64,000 bases of DNA, taken from contig NC_057732.1 in NCBI RefSeq assembly GCF_004010195.1, positions 31,408,048 through 31,472,047 on the forward strand, given 5' to 3'. The position numbers and the translations under genes were made by a program. The stretch comes from Chiloscyllium plagiosum (taxonomy: Eukaryota). Each line of letters opens with the position of its first letter. Positions within the stretch are counted from its first letter, which is position 1. This document shows, one piece after another, positions 12,466 through 25,564 of the stretch. Under the pieces are notes generated by a model. That model ran no database searches, was not told where the DNA came from, and saw only the letters and a program-made list of their open reading frames with translations.

Positions 12466-12902
12466 AGTTGAGCTATAGGGAGCGACTGAATAGGCTGAGA
12501 CTATTTTCCTTGGAATGTTAGAGGCTGAGGGGTGACCTTACAGAGATTTATAAAGTAAGAGGGGCATAGATAGGGTAAATAGTCAAGGCTTTTTCCCTTG
12601 GATGGGGGAGTCCAAATCTAGAAGGCATAGGTTTAAGGTGAGAGAGAAAAGATTTAAAAGGGACATAAAGGGTAACTTTTTGCGCAGAGCGTGCTGCTAG
12701 TATGGAATGAGCTGTCAGAGGAAGTGGTGGAGACTGGTACAAATACAACATTTAAAAGGCATCTGGATAAATAGAAAGGATTTAGAGGGATATGGGCCAA
12801 ATGCTGGCAAATGAGACTAGATTTATTTAAGGATATCTGGTCAGCATGGATGAGTTGGACCGAAGGGTCTCTTTCAGTGCTGTACACCTCTATGACTCTA
12901 TA
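12466..12902 (+). mobile_element. CR1/HER1 LINE 3' fragment
   Basis: ttgagctataggg..gactgaataggctg...ctctatgactcta tail; same family as 4933-5690. Confidence 0.85.
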
Positions 12903-14665
12903 AATCTGGCCTTGCAGGTAGTTGGTATATGACCTCCTGAGCTGTCACTATCAGAGGTATAAACCCATGTTGCTACCAGCTCCCTCAGTTGCTGAATCAG
13001 TTGAATATCACTGAGGAGAAGCACTGAGCATTGCAAGGGCAGTGAATGTATCATGAATGGGGACCTTCAACGTTCATCACAAAGAGTAGCTTGGAAGGAT
13101 CCAGAATGATTGAGTTGACTGAGTTTTGAAGGACATATCCACCATGACTGGACTTGTAGCAGATAGTAATTGAACCAACAAAAGGGAAGAAACTTATTTG
13201 ACCTCATCCTCACTAACCTAACTATTGCAGATGCCTCCCACAATAACAATATCAGCAGGAGTGACCAGTGCAGTCTCTGTTCAGATGAATTCTCATCTTC
13301 ACAGTGAGGGTACCCCCAAATAGTTTATGGAGTACCACTGTCATACAATGTTGGATAGACTTAGAACAGTTGTAGCAGTTCAAAACTGGGTTTCCTTGAG
13401 ATGCTCTGGACAATCATCAATAGCAGCAAAATTATTTAAGCGAGGCAATCGTCTTGCAGTACTTGCTACATTTTTAATCCAGAAACTCAGACAATGTTCT
13501 GGGAGCCTGGGTTGAAAGCACATCATGGAAGCATTTGAATTCAATAAAGTAGCTGGAATTAAGAATCTAATCATGGCTATAAAATCCATTGCCAATTGTC
13601 GGAAAAATAACAATCTGGTTCTTTTGAAGATTTATGCTACAAAACAAGCCACATCCTTAGCCAAACTAATTCAAAATAGCTGCAAAACTTCTGCCTACCC
13701 AACAAAGTGCAAAATTGCTAATATATGTCCTGTCCACAAAATGTAGGACAAATTGAATCTGCATTAGTCTACTCTCAATGTGTTGCGATACGCAATCAAC
13801 GGTTCTAACAACTGACATTTACTCAGCATAAGCTGCTTAGACTTAGTTCTGCCAGGGTACTTGTCTTTAGCTTCGTTAAAGCCTTGGCCTAAGAAGAGTA
13901 GAATTTCAAAAGTAAACTTGCCATAGCCCCATTCTCCTATTAGAGAAAGATGATTAGTGGTGTTTAACCTCAGGATCACTGTGCTTCAGGCAAGGCCAGA
14001 GGGACCTTTAGAAAGAGGGATCTTCATGATAAGCTCAGCCAACACAGGAATTGAGCTTGTATTGTGGCTTCACACTGCATTGCATGAGGTAACAGCGATT
14101 GCTCTGTACATACAGAAGCATTTGTTGCATCAAGGAGCCATAGTAAAATTGGAATTGATGGGAATTTCAGGAAAATCTTCATAATTTGGAGTTATAAATC
14201 AAAAGAAAGGTGGTTGTGGTTGTTGAGAGCCAATCTCAGCCCCAAGCCATTGTTGCAGGAGTTCCTTATGGCAGAATCCTAAGCATTGTCATCATCAGCA
14301 ATTTCATCAATAGCCTTCCATCTAACAAGGTCAGAAGTCGGGAGGTTGATACCGTGTTCAACAGACTTTGCAACTTCTCAGATGCTGAAGTAGTCTGTAC
14401 ACACATGCAGTAAGAACTGGCTGGGTGCATGTGACATTTTCACCACACAAGTGACAGGCAATGATGATCTCCAAAAAGAGATAACATGATCATTCCCTCT
14501 GGATGTCCAATGGCATTATCATCCTTAAAACCATCATCAACACCCTAGAAGTTACCAATGATCGAAAATCTACCTCGACCAGCCTTGTAATTACAACTGA
14601 AAGTCAGAGATAGGGAATTTTGCACTGAGTAACTTGGCTCCTGACTCTTCAAAGTTTATCCACTA

Positions 14666-15285
14666 TGGATTTGTTGTTGGTCTGTTCGCTGAGCTAGTAG
14701 GTTTGTTGGCAGACATTTTGTCCCTTTTCCAGATGACATCATCAGTGAAGTGTTGCCTCCTGTGAAGCCCTGCTATACTGTTCCGCTTTGAGTTTATGTG
14801 TTTCTGTTTGAGCTGTTTCTGGTCGGTGCCAATTCTGGTTTTCCATTGCAGCGGTCTGTATATTGGGTCCAGGTCAATGGCGGAGTCTGAGGAAAAGTAC
14901 CTTGCTTCCAGGAATTCCCTTGCTGTTTTTTATTTGGCTTGTCCTAGTTTCGTCGTGTCGTCCCAGTCAAACTTATGGTTCTTGTTGTCCGTGTGTGTGG
15001 ATATCAGGGAGAGTTTCTCATGTCATTTGGTTGCTAGTTGGTGTTTGTGGATGGGAACAATATACAAACAACTGCAATGGAAAACCAGAACCCCGCACCA
15101 ACTGGAAACAGCTCAAACAGAACCACATAAATTCAAAGCGGAACAATATAGCACTGTGTACAGGAGGCAACACAGCACTGATTATGTCATTTAGAAAGCA
15201 GCTGAAACGTCTGCAAACAAGCCTACCAGCTCGGTGAACAAACCAACAATGATCCAACCAGATCCCAAGCTACAGATGTTCATGA
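14666..15285. mobile_element. Penelope-like element with inverted pLTRs flanking a GIY-YIG C-terminal remnant
   Basis: ~200-bp inverted arms; internal minus-strand HQLATK..HKFDWDDT..LGQAK..AREFLEA; degenerate 15-bp TSD aaagtttatccacta/aaactttgtccacta. Confidence 0.85.
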
Positions 15286-15637
15286 AAACTTTGTCCACTA
15301 CCTACAAGGCAACTGTTTGGTGTGTGATGGGATACTTTCCATTTGCTTGTATAATTACAGTTCCAACAGCTCTTCATACGCAGGATTGACGCCATTGTGG
15401 ACAGAGCAGTGTGCTTGATTGACACCCTCATCCACCAGTTTAAACATTCAGTCCCTCTACCACTGGCAAGCTGTGTGTACCATCTATAGGATATACTACA
15501 GCAACTGCCAAGTCTCCTTTGACAGTATCTTCCAAACCAGTGACTTTCATCTGCAAGATCTCCTCTGAAACATACACCATCCTGATCTGGAATGTTATCA
15601 CTATTTCCTCACTGTCAATGGGGCAAAATCTCAGAAC

Positions 15638-15755
15638 TTTGTTCTGAAGAAGTCATACCCGACTCAAAACATTAACTCTGTTTCTCTGTTCACAGATGCT
15701 GCCAGCATTCGCTGTGTTTGTTTCAGATTTTCAGCATCCACAGTATTTTGCCTTT
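15638..15755 (+). mobile_element. Penelope pLTR fragment with degenerate hammerhead
   Basis: GTT-CTGAAGA-AGTC..GACT-CAAAACATT-AAC followed by the pLTR tail seen in other copies. Confidence 0.6.
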
Positions 15756-15909
15756 GTTATGGAATTCTTTCCTTTGCATCACTATGATGCACCAAAACTA
15801 TATGGATTGCAGCAGTTCAAGTTAATGGGTCATCGCCACCTACTCAATGACAATTAGTGATCACTCAAAATTTAAGACTGAATATTAAAAAATTTGATAG
15901 TAACACAAA

Positions 15910-16260
15910 ATCATGAGGGGCATGGATAGGGTAAATAGACAAAATCATTTCACTGAGGTGGAGCAGTCCAGAACTAGAGAAATAGGTTTAGGGTGAGAGG
16001 GGAAAAATTTAAAACAGACTTAAGGGACAACTTTTTAACGCAAAGGGTGGTGCGGGTATGGAATGAACTGCCAGAGGAAGTGGTGGAGGCTGGTACAATT
16101 ACAACATTTAAAGAGCATCTGGATGGATATATGAATAGGAAGAATTTAGAGAGATATTGGCCAAGTGCTGGTAAATGAGAATAGATTAATTTAGGATATC
16201 TGGTCAGCGTGGATGAGTTGGACCAAAGGGTCTGTTTCCGTGCTTACATCTCTATGACTT
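15910..16260 (+). mobile_element. CR1/HER1 LINE 3' fragment
   Basis: RGEKFK.DLR.NF.TQRVVRVWNELPEEVVEAGT; ctatgact tail. Confidence 0.85.
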
Positions 16261-17379
16261 ACACTGCTTAGATGCACTGTCTTTTGGTCAAAGTACACAT
16301 GGAATGATTCCAAACGTTAATGGAATTTCAGTTTCTTGAATTGGTGCAGAGTCAAATCTTGAGGTGCATCAACAATTAAACTAGTCTCAAATCATCCTTC
16401 AACTGGTGTCCTATTTCTCTGGCTGGCTGGCAGCTGCTTTATCAAACTAAGTGAATCAAATTCTGTTCTTAAGTATATGGAATTTTTACAGGTGTATTGA
16501 AAGATCATATCCTTGAAACCTTGCACTTTCCTCTGAGAAACAAGAAACGATGGCTTTTATTTGGAAGGGTTTACAAATGCCACTGCCAAACATCTCAGAG
16601 CATAGATGGGCACACCTATCTCAGTGATATGTGTAAGTAAATACTTTTCCATTTAATATACTTGTTTACTTATAAAAATGCTTATTTTCTGCAGCAATTT
16701 CACATTATGAATGGAACTGATATTGTAAAAGATTACTATTCAGACAGGAGAGTCTATTATTAGCAATCCATTTAAATAGGGGTGCTTCAGACAAAAAGAA
16801 GCTCAAGAACCATTGGTTTAAAGAAACCAGCTATTTGATACCAGTCAAATGTACTCCGTATGAAATATCATATTAAAGGACTCCTCTGTGTAAAACTCCT
16901 ATATAAATGCAGTTTGTTTTTATTGTTGTTGATTGCACATGTAATTTGTTAACAAGCCAGTAATTTACAGTTCTTTAATCACCACCTCTCATGCTGCAAA
17001 TGGCACAAATCTGCATATCTGAGTTTGCAACCATTTTTAATGTTATTATTGCAGGTAAAGTAACTATGCTGACAAAAGACAAACCAGTAAAAATAATTTA
17101 AAATAGTCATATTAGAAACAATCACATTTTCAGAGAAGAGAAAGAGATTTAGTTGACGCTTCAATTATTAAATCTGTATTGTCATTTCAGAAATTTTGAT
17201 GATCCATGGTCTTGTTTAATGGTTTAGTTGTACAGGCTGCTGATACAATACTAGTGGTTTGCAACTGATATAGTTGATGTCGAAAAATTAACTGAAGTTC
17301 AGATGCCAAAAATTTTCAGTGATGTTACTAATGGGACAAAATCCACTTAATATTGTTAGTTCATTTCAAAAAGAGTTTA

Positions 17380-17900
17380 GAAATGAGTAGTTGTGATCCC
17401 TCAAACCAAGAAGTTCAAGGATTTCAGGTGGGCAGCAATGGTAAATGACATAATAGGTGTTAAGCTGAATACGTTTGACATTCATAGCATTCTCCTGCAC
17501 AGCAGCCCTCAGATCTATTAAACTTGCAACTCCACTAATTTCTCCCTCTGGGTACCTATTTACATTCCCATCTGAGTGTCCATACTGACACATGCCTTCA
17601 CCTTTGAGCTGCTTCATATCTAAGCTTCATTGTCACCCTCCACAAATGCAGTCCTTTCCTATCTCCACACAGTTCCCACAACCACAACTTTAAGCTTTCA
17701 TTCCTTGCAGAAGAATGCAAAACTCTCATGAGCGGCAGAGCTGGGGTTGGACCTGTTGAAATGGCCTTGATGGTTCGCCTCTGTCTTTTAGGGTTGCAGG
17801 TAGTTAAGGAAAATGCAGCCGACGCTGCTTCTGGTATCGTTCTAGTGCTATTAGTGTTGACATTTTTGCTCCTTTTGTTCCAAATCAGATACTGGGTATA
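17380..17900 (-). mobile_element. Probable Harbinger remnant
   Basis: Weak peptide similarity (AMNV..IQL; TCNPKRQRR) to Harbinger transposase and SANT ORFs. Confidence 0.35.
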
Positions 17901-18172
17901 GAGCCTCAAAACTGAAGGCTGGCAGTAAGTAAGTGCAGATTATGCAATTGAGGTCAGGTGGGTTAAACTGACTCCCAAGAAGTTAGAAATCACCTGTCAA
18001 GTAGTGAGGATATATTCACAGTAGAAGTTTTGTGAGCAACAATCTCTCATGTGCAATTTCACTCTTGAAGGCTTCCTTAATTTTCAGTAAACAAACAACT
18101 CCCATTGTGTTCTTATCTGGTGAGTTCCATACGGCCCTGAGATGATTGGGGATTTCAATATTTTTATTACTT

Positions 18173-18394
18173 ATGGTCAGTTCTTCTATAATGCAATAGT
18201 TGCTTTCTTGTGCAACCCCATGTAATAGAAAAATCACACTTTAGAAACAGCGCTTAAGGTGTTGGTGCTGTAATCATGTTACAGCCAACACATGCTTTAA
18301 AAGTTTGCGCTGTAGAAACAGCGTACCCAATTCGTCAATCGCATTACAGCGAATTTGCGTTGACGAAATGTGCATTATAATGGAACGACCTGTA
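18173..18394. mobile_element. Tigger/pogo-like MITE (~220 bp), family copy 1
   Basis: TA flanks, imperfect TIR ggtc.gtt....tataatgca; similar copy at 25288-25502. Confidence 0.7.
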
Positions 18395-20339
18395 TTTTAC
18401 AGCACCATTGGGTTTTTTTTGCACTCACCTAAAAAGTCACCTGGGTTAAAATAGGCAGAATCCTGTCCCACATTTTGGAGCTAAAAACCTGAACTACCCC
18501 TCTTCTCCCTTGCTAGCTGGATGGCTGAATCTTATGTGACAGATATGAACGGTGGAGTAGAAAAGCATTCTACACATGTCCAACCAGCTTTCTAGCCTGG
18601 TAATGCCTAATGACTAGGTGGAAGCACTGGAAATCCTAGGTCTTGATTTGGATCAGGATTCTTGATAGTTCACGATAAAAAAAATTCCGATTTTCTACCA
18701 TGGTTTAATATTTAAAATGCTACAATGTGTAATATTTTATGCATTTTTCTCCAGAAGGAAAACTACATATTCATGTATTTCAATCCTACTGCTTTAAATA
18801 CCATCTCTGTCCAAAAGCAGGCAGTTCAATTTGTTTGGCTTGAAAATGTCAAAAGTTCATGATATTCCATTGACATACTAACATAAAGATCAAATTTGTG
18901 TCTATAATTTTTTCTTTTATTTTCAGTACAAAAACTGCAGAGAGTATTTAAAAGAAAAACTGCATTGCTTTACAAGAAGTAACAGCATGACCTGATATAT
19001 ATGCTGTTGTAAGTAAAATTAATGTTTGCACCGTTTAGAATTAATGTTTATATCCTGACATCTATGACTAACATTTTCAAAAAAATGTTGTTATGGAGAA
19101 AGTGACAAATGGTCTCTCAATCTGTTCTGAACTAGGATCCACTTGAAAACTAAATGCGTCATACATTTGTACTTGATTTTCTGCCTTGCAAAATATATTT
19201 GAGGGAGACCAATGTAACATTGTTTGTATGATTAATTCATTTTCTGGCAAAAGTATTTCAAATTCAATACAGCCAGCTATGTAGCATTCTGGGATTTAAT
19301 TTTACAGAAGCAAATGTTCTGTATATTAACAGTGTGTTGGGGAATAATGAAAGTTTTTTTTAAACTTTGAATTTAAAAAAATATACGCTGTGGTTTATGC
19401 TTAAGTTATCATTTCAAAGACAAAATTGTGTTCAATTGCTGAGTGATCAAGAGTAGAGGGAAAAGGGAGGAGGGTCAGGCCTGTGTACAGTAATAAAAAT
19501 TGCTGGTGAGGATGTAGCAAAGAATGAGTGGAAGATAGTGGTGGAAAACTGATCATTTTGTTCAGGGACACGTGAATGAATCTGATTTCAGAGCTAGAAA
19601 GGAGAAAAGACATGAATTCAAAAGTGAGAACAAAAGTCTGAGGACTCGAATTTTTTTGCCCCATGAAGTAACGAGAAAAATAACAGGCGGATGGCTTCAT
19701 TGGGTGAGAGCACAAAATCTTACTCCTGAGATAAATATTAGTAATTATTTCCTCCTTTCAACTTTGAACTAAGTCAACTTTCTCACATATTTGTACTCAC
19801 ATATTTATGCATTATGAACTAAAAACTTACTGGAATTAACTTTACCTTTCTAATATTAACTTCTGCCCAGTTGTGATTATTGACACTTCAGGAACTTGAC
19901 TTCTAGTAGTAAGTTTGCCTGTTGACTTGGTCTTCATTCTTTAGTCTAGGTGAGTTCTTTGCTTTGAATGCCTCTAGCGAAATTTTGTCAATGCTCGGTT
20001 TCCTAGCTTTTGCTGTAAACTCTACACATGCAATAGATGTGTCCACGGGGATCAAGACTAGATGTGACCCTTGCCCATCATGGAGTCCAAGTGAAGAACT
20101 TCATCAGCTTCTGTTTCAGAAAGGTTGCTTAGAGTGAAGGATCAGACAGCAGGTTGTCTAAGGGTAACTATTCGGTGCTGAAGGCAAGAGAGCAGCTTGT
20201 GTCTGTCGGGAACTGTTAAGTGTCAACAGGAATGGGGCAGATAATAAATGTTGTTGAAAGGCATGGTGCTATGTAAACATCAGAGTGGTGTATGCTCCTG
20301 CAGCATATATGACAAATACAATGTATGTACATAAAGAGC

Positions 20340-20541
20340 TTAAAAATGTGTTGCCGGAAAAGCGCAGCAGGTCAGGCAGCATCAAAGGAACAGGAGAATC
20401 GACGTTTTGGGTATAAGCCCTTCGGGCATACCTGAAACGTCGATTCTCCTGTTCCTTTGCTGCTGCCTGACCTGCTGCACTTTTCCAGCAACACATTTTT
20501 AAGCTCTGATCTCCAGCATCTGCAGTCCTCACTTTCTCCTC
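20340..20541. mobile_element. Penelope pLTR hairpin insertion with 14-bp TSD
   Basis: Inverted arms; TSD tgtacataaagagc at 20326-20339 and 20542-20555. Confidence 0.85.
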
Positions 20542-21979
20542 TGTACATAAAGAGCATGGCAATGTGTGAAAAGGAACGGAGGAGCACGGTTTGTGGTGTG
20601 AAGACGATCTCCAGAGACAGACGTGCCAATACAGTCAGTCCAAAACCTGAAGTATTTCTAGTTTGGAGGCATTGGTCACAGTCTGGCAGTTGGTTAAATT
20701 CACATCTGGGGAGGAATGTCATTTCAGTCTGGGAATTAGGCCATAGTCAGTCCTGGAAGTCAAGCAAAATAAGTCCAGGCTTGTGGTTAGTCAATCAAGG
20801 CATCTTGCAAGTTCCTTTCAAGCGATACATCATGTCATAAATAAGCAAAGTGTATTCGGGAATTGGGCCATAGCCAAGCAAAGTGGTGAGTCGTACATAA
20901 ACCAGGACCAAGGCATTGAGGCCTTGCGCAGCTCATGCACAGAGACTGGCCTGGTTATATTGGAGAAATGAGGGAATAGATACAGTCATAGGGGGCAACT
21001 GAATATTGGATGCAATTTAGAGCAGGGAATGTGACTGGACAGTCTTGAAAGTGGGGTGAATCAAGAGAAAAGTTGAAGTCACTCTCGCCATGATCAAGGG
21101 TGGGTACAGGACCGGCAAGGTTATCAGCATCTTGATAGTGAAGGATTCCGGAATGAAACAGGGACATTAATTGTTGCGTGAGGGGTTCAATTGAAAGTTG
21201 GGGGTGTGGGTGAGGGTGAAGTATTACTGGGGTAAAGGGATTGTGGAAATGTGTGAGAGGTGAAGAATGGAGGGTAATATTGTGGGTCACAGCAGGAGCC
21301 AGCAATTCACTGCAGCAAATGCAAATCCTGAAGCTCGCCACTTCATTCAATAATCAACTGACCAATATGCTTTCAATACCAATATGGCAACACCCAAAAT
21401 GGGAAGAGTAAATAACTTTTTTCTGAAAGGGGACAGAGTTGATGGCTGGAATGTAGGCCAACTGAAGGGCTACTCCAAAAATTAGCATTTGGGTAATAAT
21501 TCCATATTAACCTTTGCCTTTAATTCACTCTTAGGTTGCATGTCTATGTAGCTCCTAATATGCAAAATAGGTCCAGGCAGAGACCAAATGACGTGGTCAT
21601 TTGGCCTAACTACCTGCTCTTCTTTTGTGTTTATCTCTATTTCTGTAGTCCCTTAGGGGCTAGAGCGAATTATTCACCCCCAAGAACACATTTTAATTCA
21701 AATTTGTAAGTTTCATTCGGGATTTTCTTTAGATCCTTTTAAAGGCTGTCATTTTGGTCTCATTTGTCTTGATTTGTTTTAGAGTTGCTTTAAAAGAGTA
21801 GCTCATTGTGACTTGATCTCATGAAGTACTACATGAAAGTACATTGTGGCTTCATTGGAATTGGGTGACCTCTCAAATTTATAATAGTTAATGTAACAAG
21901 GGGCACGCATTCAAAGCCTCATCTTCCTTTTAGGTAAAGGCAGATCATCACTAGGACTGCAAGCAATGAAATTGCAGAT

Positions 21980-22650
21980 GTCATATCCTCACACATAACA
22001 TAAAGGTAATTTGGAGAGGCCTGGAGTGGTGAATTGGAAGAGTTGGTGGGGGCAAACTCCTGGCAACTGCTTCAGGCCAAGACCACATGAACACCTTTTT
22101 TGGGATACGTGAAATGAGGTCAGGACCATCACTGTGCACAGGAGAGAAATTCAACAGCTGCAGACGCCACCAAGCATCTATGCTTTTAGTGGCTAAAAGC
22201 TGCCCTCTCATGCCACACAGCAATGGAGAATCATGTAGAGCACATGCTGGTTGGTGTCTTGGCCAGGTATAAGACTGACCTCTATGAGCTAATCTAGAAC
22301 TGGGGAAGGATGTCATGGATGAAGAGCGATAGAACCGTGGAATTTAATTTAGTGTTATCAACGATCTCCTGAATGCAAAAGGATCACAGCATGGGTCAAC
22401 CCTGTCATTCTTCTTGTTCTCCTCGAGTTGCTCCCAAAAACTGTGAAGATAAAAACTGTGCCAACAGGCTCCACCTGCTGAGGGAGAAAGAGCAAGACAA
22501 GAGCCACCATGTCGAAGGAGATCTCTCAGTTTCTGCAATTCAGTTATTTGCAATTCAGTGAAGCTCACTGTCAACAAAATCTCAGGATGTCCCAGGCCAT
22601 TGTTTTGTGTCAACTGCTGGACAAGGACCTGCAGCCATATGGACTGAATG
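21980..22650 (-). mobile_element. Probable Harbinger transposase remnant
   Basis: DPCCDPFAFRRS (cf. PGSCHDAFILR.S) and ACALHD (cf. ACC.LHN) peptides in the expected order. Confidence 0.45.
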
Positions 22651-24594
22651 GCAATCCTACTCAGGTAGCCCTATAGGTAATAGCTAGCCTTCATGTTTAT
22701 ACCAGCTTTTAGCTTTAGAGACTGCTGAGGGGCCTTTGTGGCATTTTACAGTCCTCAATTCATAAGTATACCTGGGAGATTACTGATGCTTTCTCGACAG
22801 GAGCCCAATAATTTATCTTTCTTTGTACCTTGACGCAGGGAGTCAGGCAGCTAGGACTTGCTGCCATTTCTGTTTACTGCAATTTCAGGGTACAATCAAT
22901 TACACACATACAACAAACAGAGCATCCTATCATAAAACAGCAGTTTTATACCCAGAAATATTAATCCAAGAAAAGGCCTATACAAATAGTTTAATTTGAA
23001 ATGAGTTGAAATCAAGCTGATTCTTGACCTTTTTATTTCCCATCAGTCAGAGGTTTTGAAAAGATAAGTTTCATGGGTGAAGACCTAATTCTGGGATAAT
23101 ATCAGTTCAATCCTTTAATGTTCAAAAATGTAAATATTTAGACTAGTACTTGAACTATTTTCAGTACACTATGTAATAAATTAAACTTAAGTATTTTTTG
23201 TGCAGAAAGCCTAGAGCAGATAGATTTCCAAAATAGGGTTCTGCAAAATTGCTGAAGTGAATGCTGAGTTACAAGGCAGTATTTAAATTCTCATAATTTT
23301 TACAAGAGTTGAGAGAGTTCTCTTAGGTGGTGAGGAGAGACAGATTGGGGAAGAAGGGATTAAATACGTGCTTTAAAACCTGTGCAAGGAAGATGGAAAC
23401 TGGAATATGGAAATGAAACAATACTGTTTGCATGCTAAACATAAAACAACTGTGAATAGCTCTTAAATAAAAGTGGTTGGAACCTAATACTGCAGTGTCC
23501 TCACAAAGAAAGTGTCACATTTTGAAGTGCATTATCAATTGCATTGTATTCAGCTTTGACATTTAAAGCACTGTATTTAAAAGGTTCAATGAAGTAACAC
23601 ATTGTGGTAAATTTTCAACTTGCTGCCTGTGCATAAAACTATTTTGAATCTGCTGCCTTTCATATGGAAACTTGCTGATTTCTATTTTCATTGAAATTAA
23701 TAGGCAGAATGATGTTTTGCAATTTTGAAAAGCTACCTTATTGTTTCAAAGAAATATCTAAGATCACAGTTTAATTCAGGCACTATTGAATGGCTTTGTT
23801 TGTAGAGAAAATCATAGCTACATTTTCATAAAATCAAAGAATTTTTCAAAGTTGGTTTGTATAAATTCTGTTACTTGTTCCAGATGCTTAAGAGTTTGCT
23901 TTGAGATTAGTTAATGTATCATTGTACGTGGGAAGGAGCTTTCTTCCTTAATTGAATGTCACCACTTCTGGTTGTCATGCATAAACCACAAGCCAAAGTT
24001 TCCAGTTTCAATACATATTTGAATGTTTGGAAATTGTTAGTTCCCTATATATTTTCTTGATTTGAAATAATATGCAAAAAAAATCAATGTAGCAAATTGG
24101 TGAATGGGTGGGATTTAAACATTTAAGTAATAAATTTGTTCATTTGCTCCTATGTTTCTGCAAGATTGCAGAGTTTATCGTCTCACTTTGAAACTCCCTG
24201 GAGTTATAAGCAGTTGATCGACAAATTCAGATGACTCTGTACTTTCTTCATTACATGGTGACAAGAGTAAGGGCTTAAGAGTCAAATACATGTCTGCCCA
24301 TTTTGCATGGCATTTAGGAAAGAGGGTTCAAAAAGTGAAAATCTTTCAGACATTGCAGCATAGCATTTACCACATCCCCACTACCAAAATCATTTAAACA
24401 TACTAAAGGTAAATTTCAGCATGATTTAATTAACTCAATAGTTCCTCCTTAAAATGTAGGTTTTGGAATCTTTCTGAGAAATTGCTGAAGTAAAAGACTA
24501 ATGTGTTATGTTATGGGATTTGTCTCTTAGTAACATGCCTCCCAACTGAGAACATACAAGCAGTTAATGTATTGAGAAACAGATAATTATGCAA

Positions 24595-25140
24595 TGCTTA
24601 CAGCATAGAAGGAGGCCACTGCACCCATTGTGTCCATGCCAGCTCTCTGGAAAAGTAACCCACTGAGTCTCAGTCATCTGTCATTTACCCATGGTCCTAC
24701 AATTATTTTCTCCAAATAACTGCCATTTTTTGAAGCTTTGATTGAATTTGCCTTCAGCGCACTCTTGGGCCAATGTATTCCAGCTCCTCATCATGGTTGA
24801 GAAAAAGCTTTTATCTCATGTTGCCATTGCTTTCTTTGTGAATCATCTTAAATTGATGCCTCTTGTTCTCTGTCCTTCTGCCAACTGGAACAGTTTCTCC
24901 CAACTTATTCTAAACCCTACTCCTCATAATTCTGAACAGATAATCAATTCTCCTCCTAATCTTCCTGTCTTCCAGGAGAACAGCCCCATCTTCTCCAATT
25001 CATCATCTAAGTGTAGTACCTTATTGCGGGAACTACTTGTCAATATTTTTAGTATACTCTCTAATACCTTCACAGCTTTCCTAAAATATAGTGCCCATAG
25101 TACACCTGTATATAGCTGAGGCCAAACTCATGGCCTATTG
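24595..25140 (-). mobile_element. Older CR1 3' fragment
   Basis: Reverse-complement similarity to CR1 3' ends (acagcatagaaggaggcca...). Confidence 0.65.
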
Positions 25141-25287
25141 AAACACTAAAACCATTGGAGACTGCAATATTCTCAGATCCAGTCTTCCTCCTTTTAGTGC
25201 GTATTTTCTGAGTACAAGTTACAGATATGTGAGCATACTCTTACTTCTCTCCTACCCTGCCTGGTATTGTAACCTTACTCTCATTTT

Positions 25288-25502
25288 ACAGTCAGTTCAT
25301 TTATAAAGGGATAGATGCGTTCTTGTGCAACCCTGCTTTATAGAAAAATTGCACTTTAGAAACAGCACTTTAAAGTGTTGGTGATGTAATCTTGCTACAG
25401 TCAACATACATTTTAAAAGTTCACACTTTACAAATAGTGTTCAGAATTCATCAATCTCGAATTCACGTTGAGGAAACATGCATTATTAGCAGAACACCCT
25501 GG
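25288..25502. mobile_element. Tigger/pogo-like MITE, family copy 2
   Basis: Aligns by eye to 18173-18394. Confidence 0.65.
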
Positions 25503-25564
25503 ATGTCTTTCTCTGTTTAAGGAGTGCAAATCTGGCAAACAACTGGAGGTGGAGCTTTCAATAT

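Larger units (their letters stand above)
13000..15850 (+). mobile_element. Old L2/CR1-like LINE, highly decayed, with Penelope insertions
   Basis: APE-like GDF.VHH and DLILTN remnants, RT-like 'AGVPYG.IL' (GVPQGS); related pieces at ~44940-45600 and 55200-57070. Confidence 0.6.
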
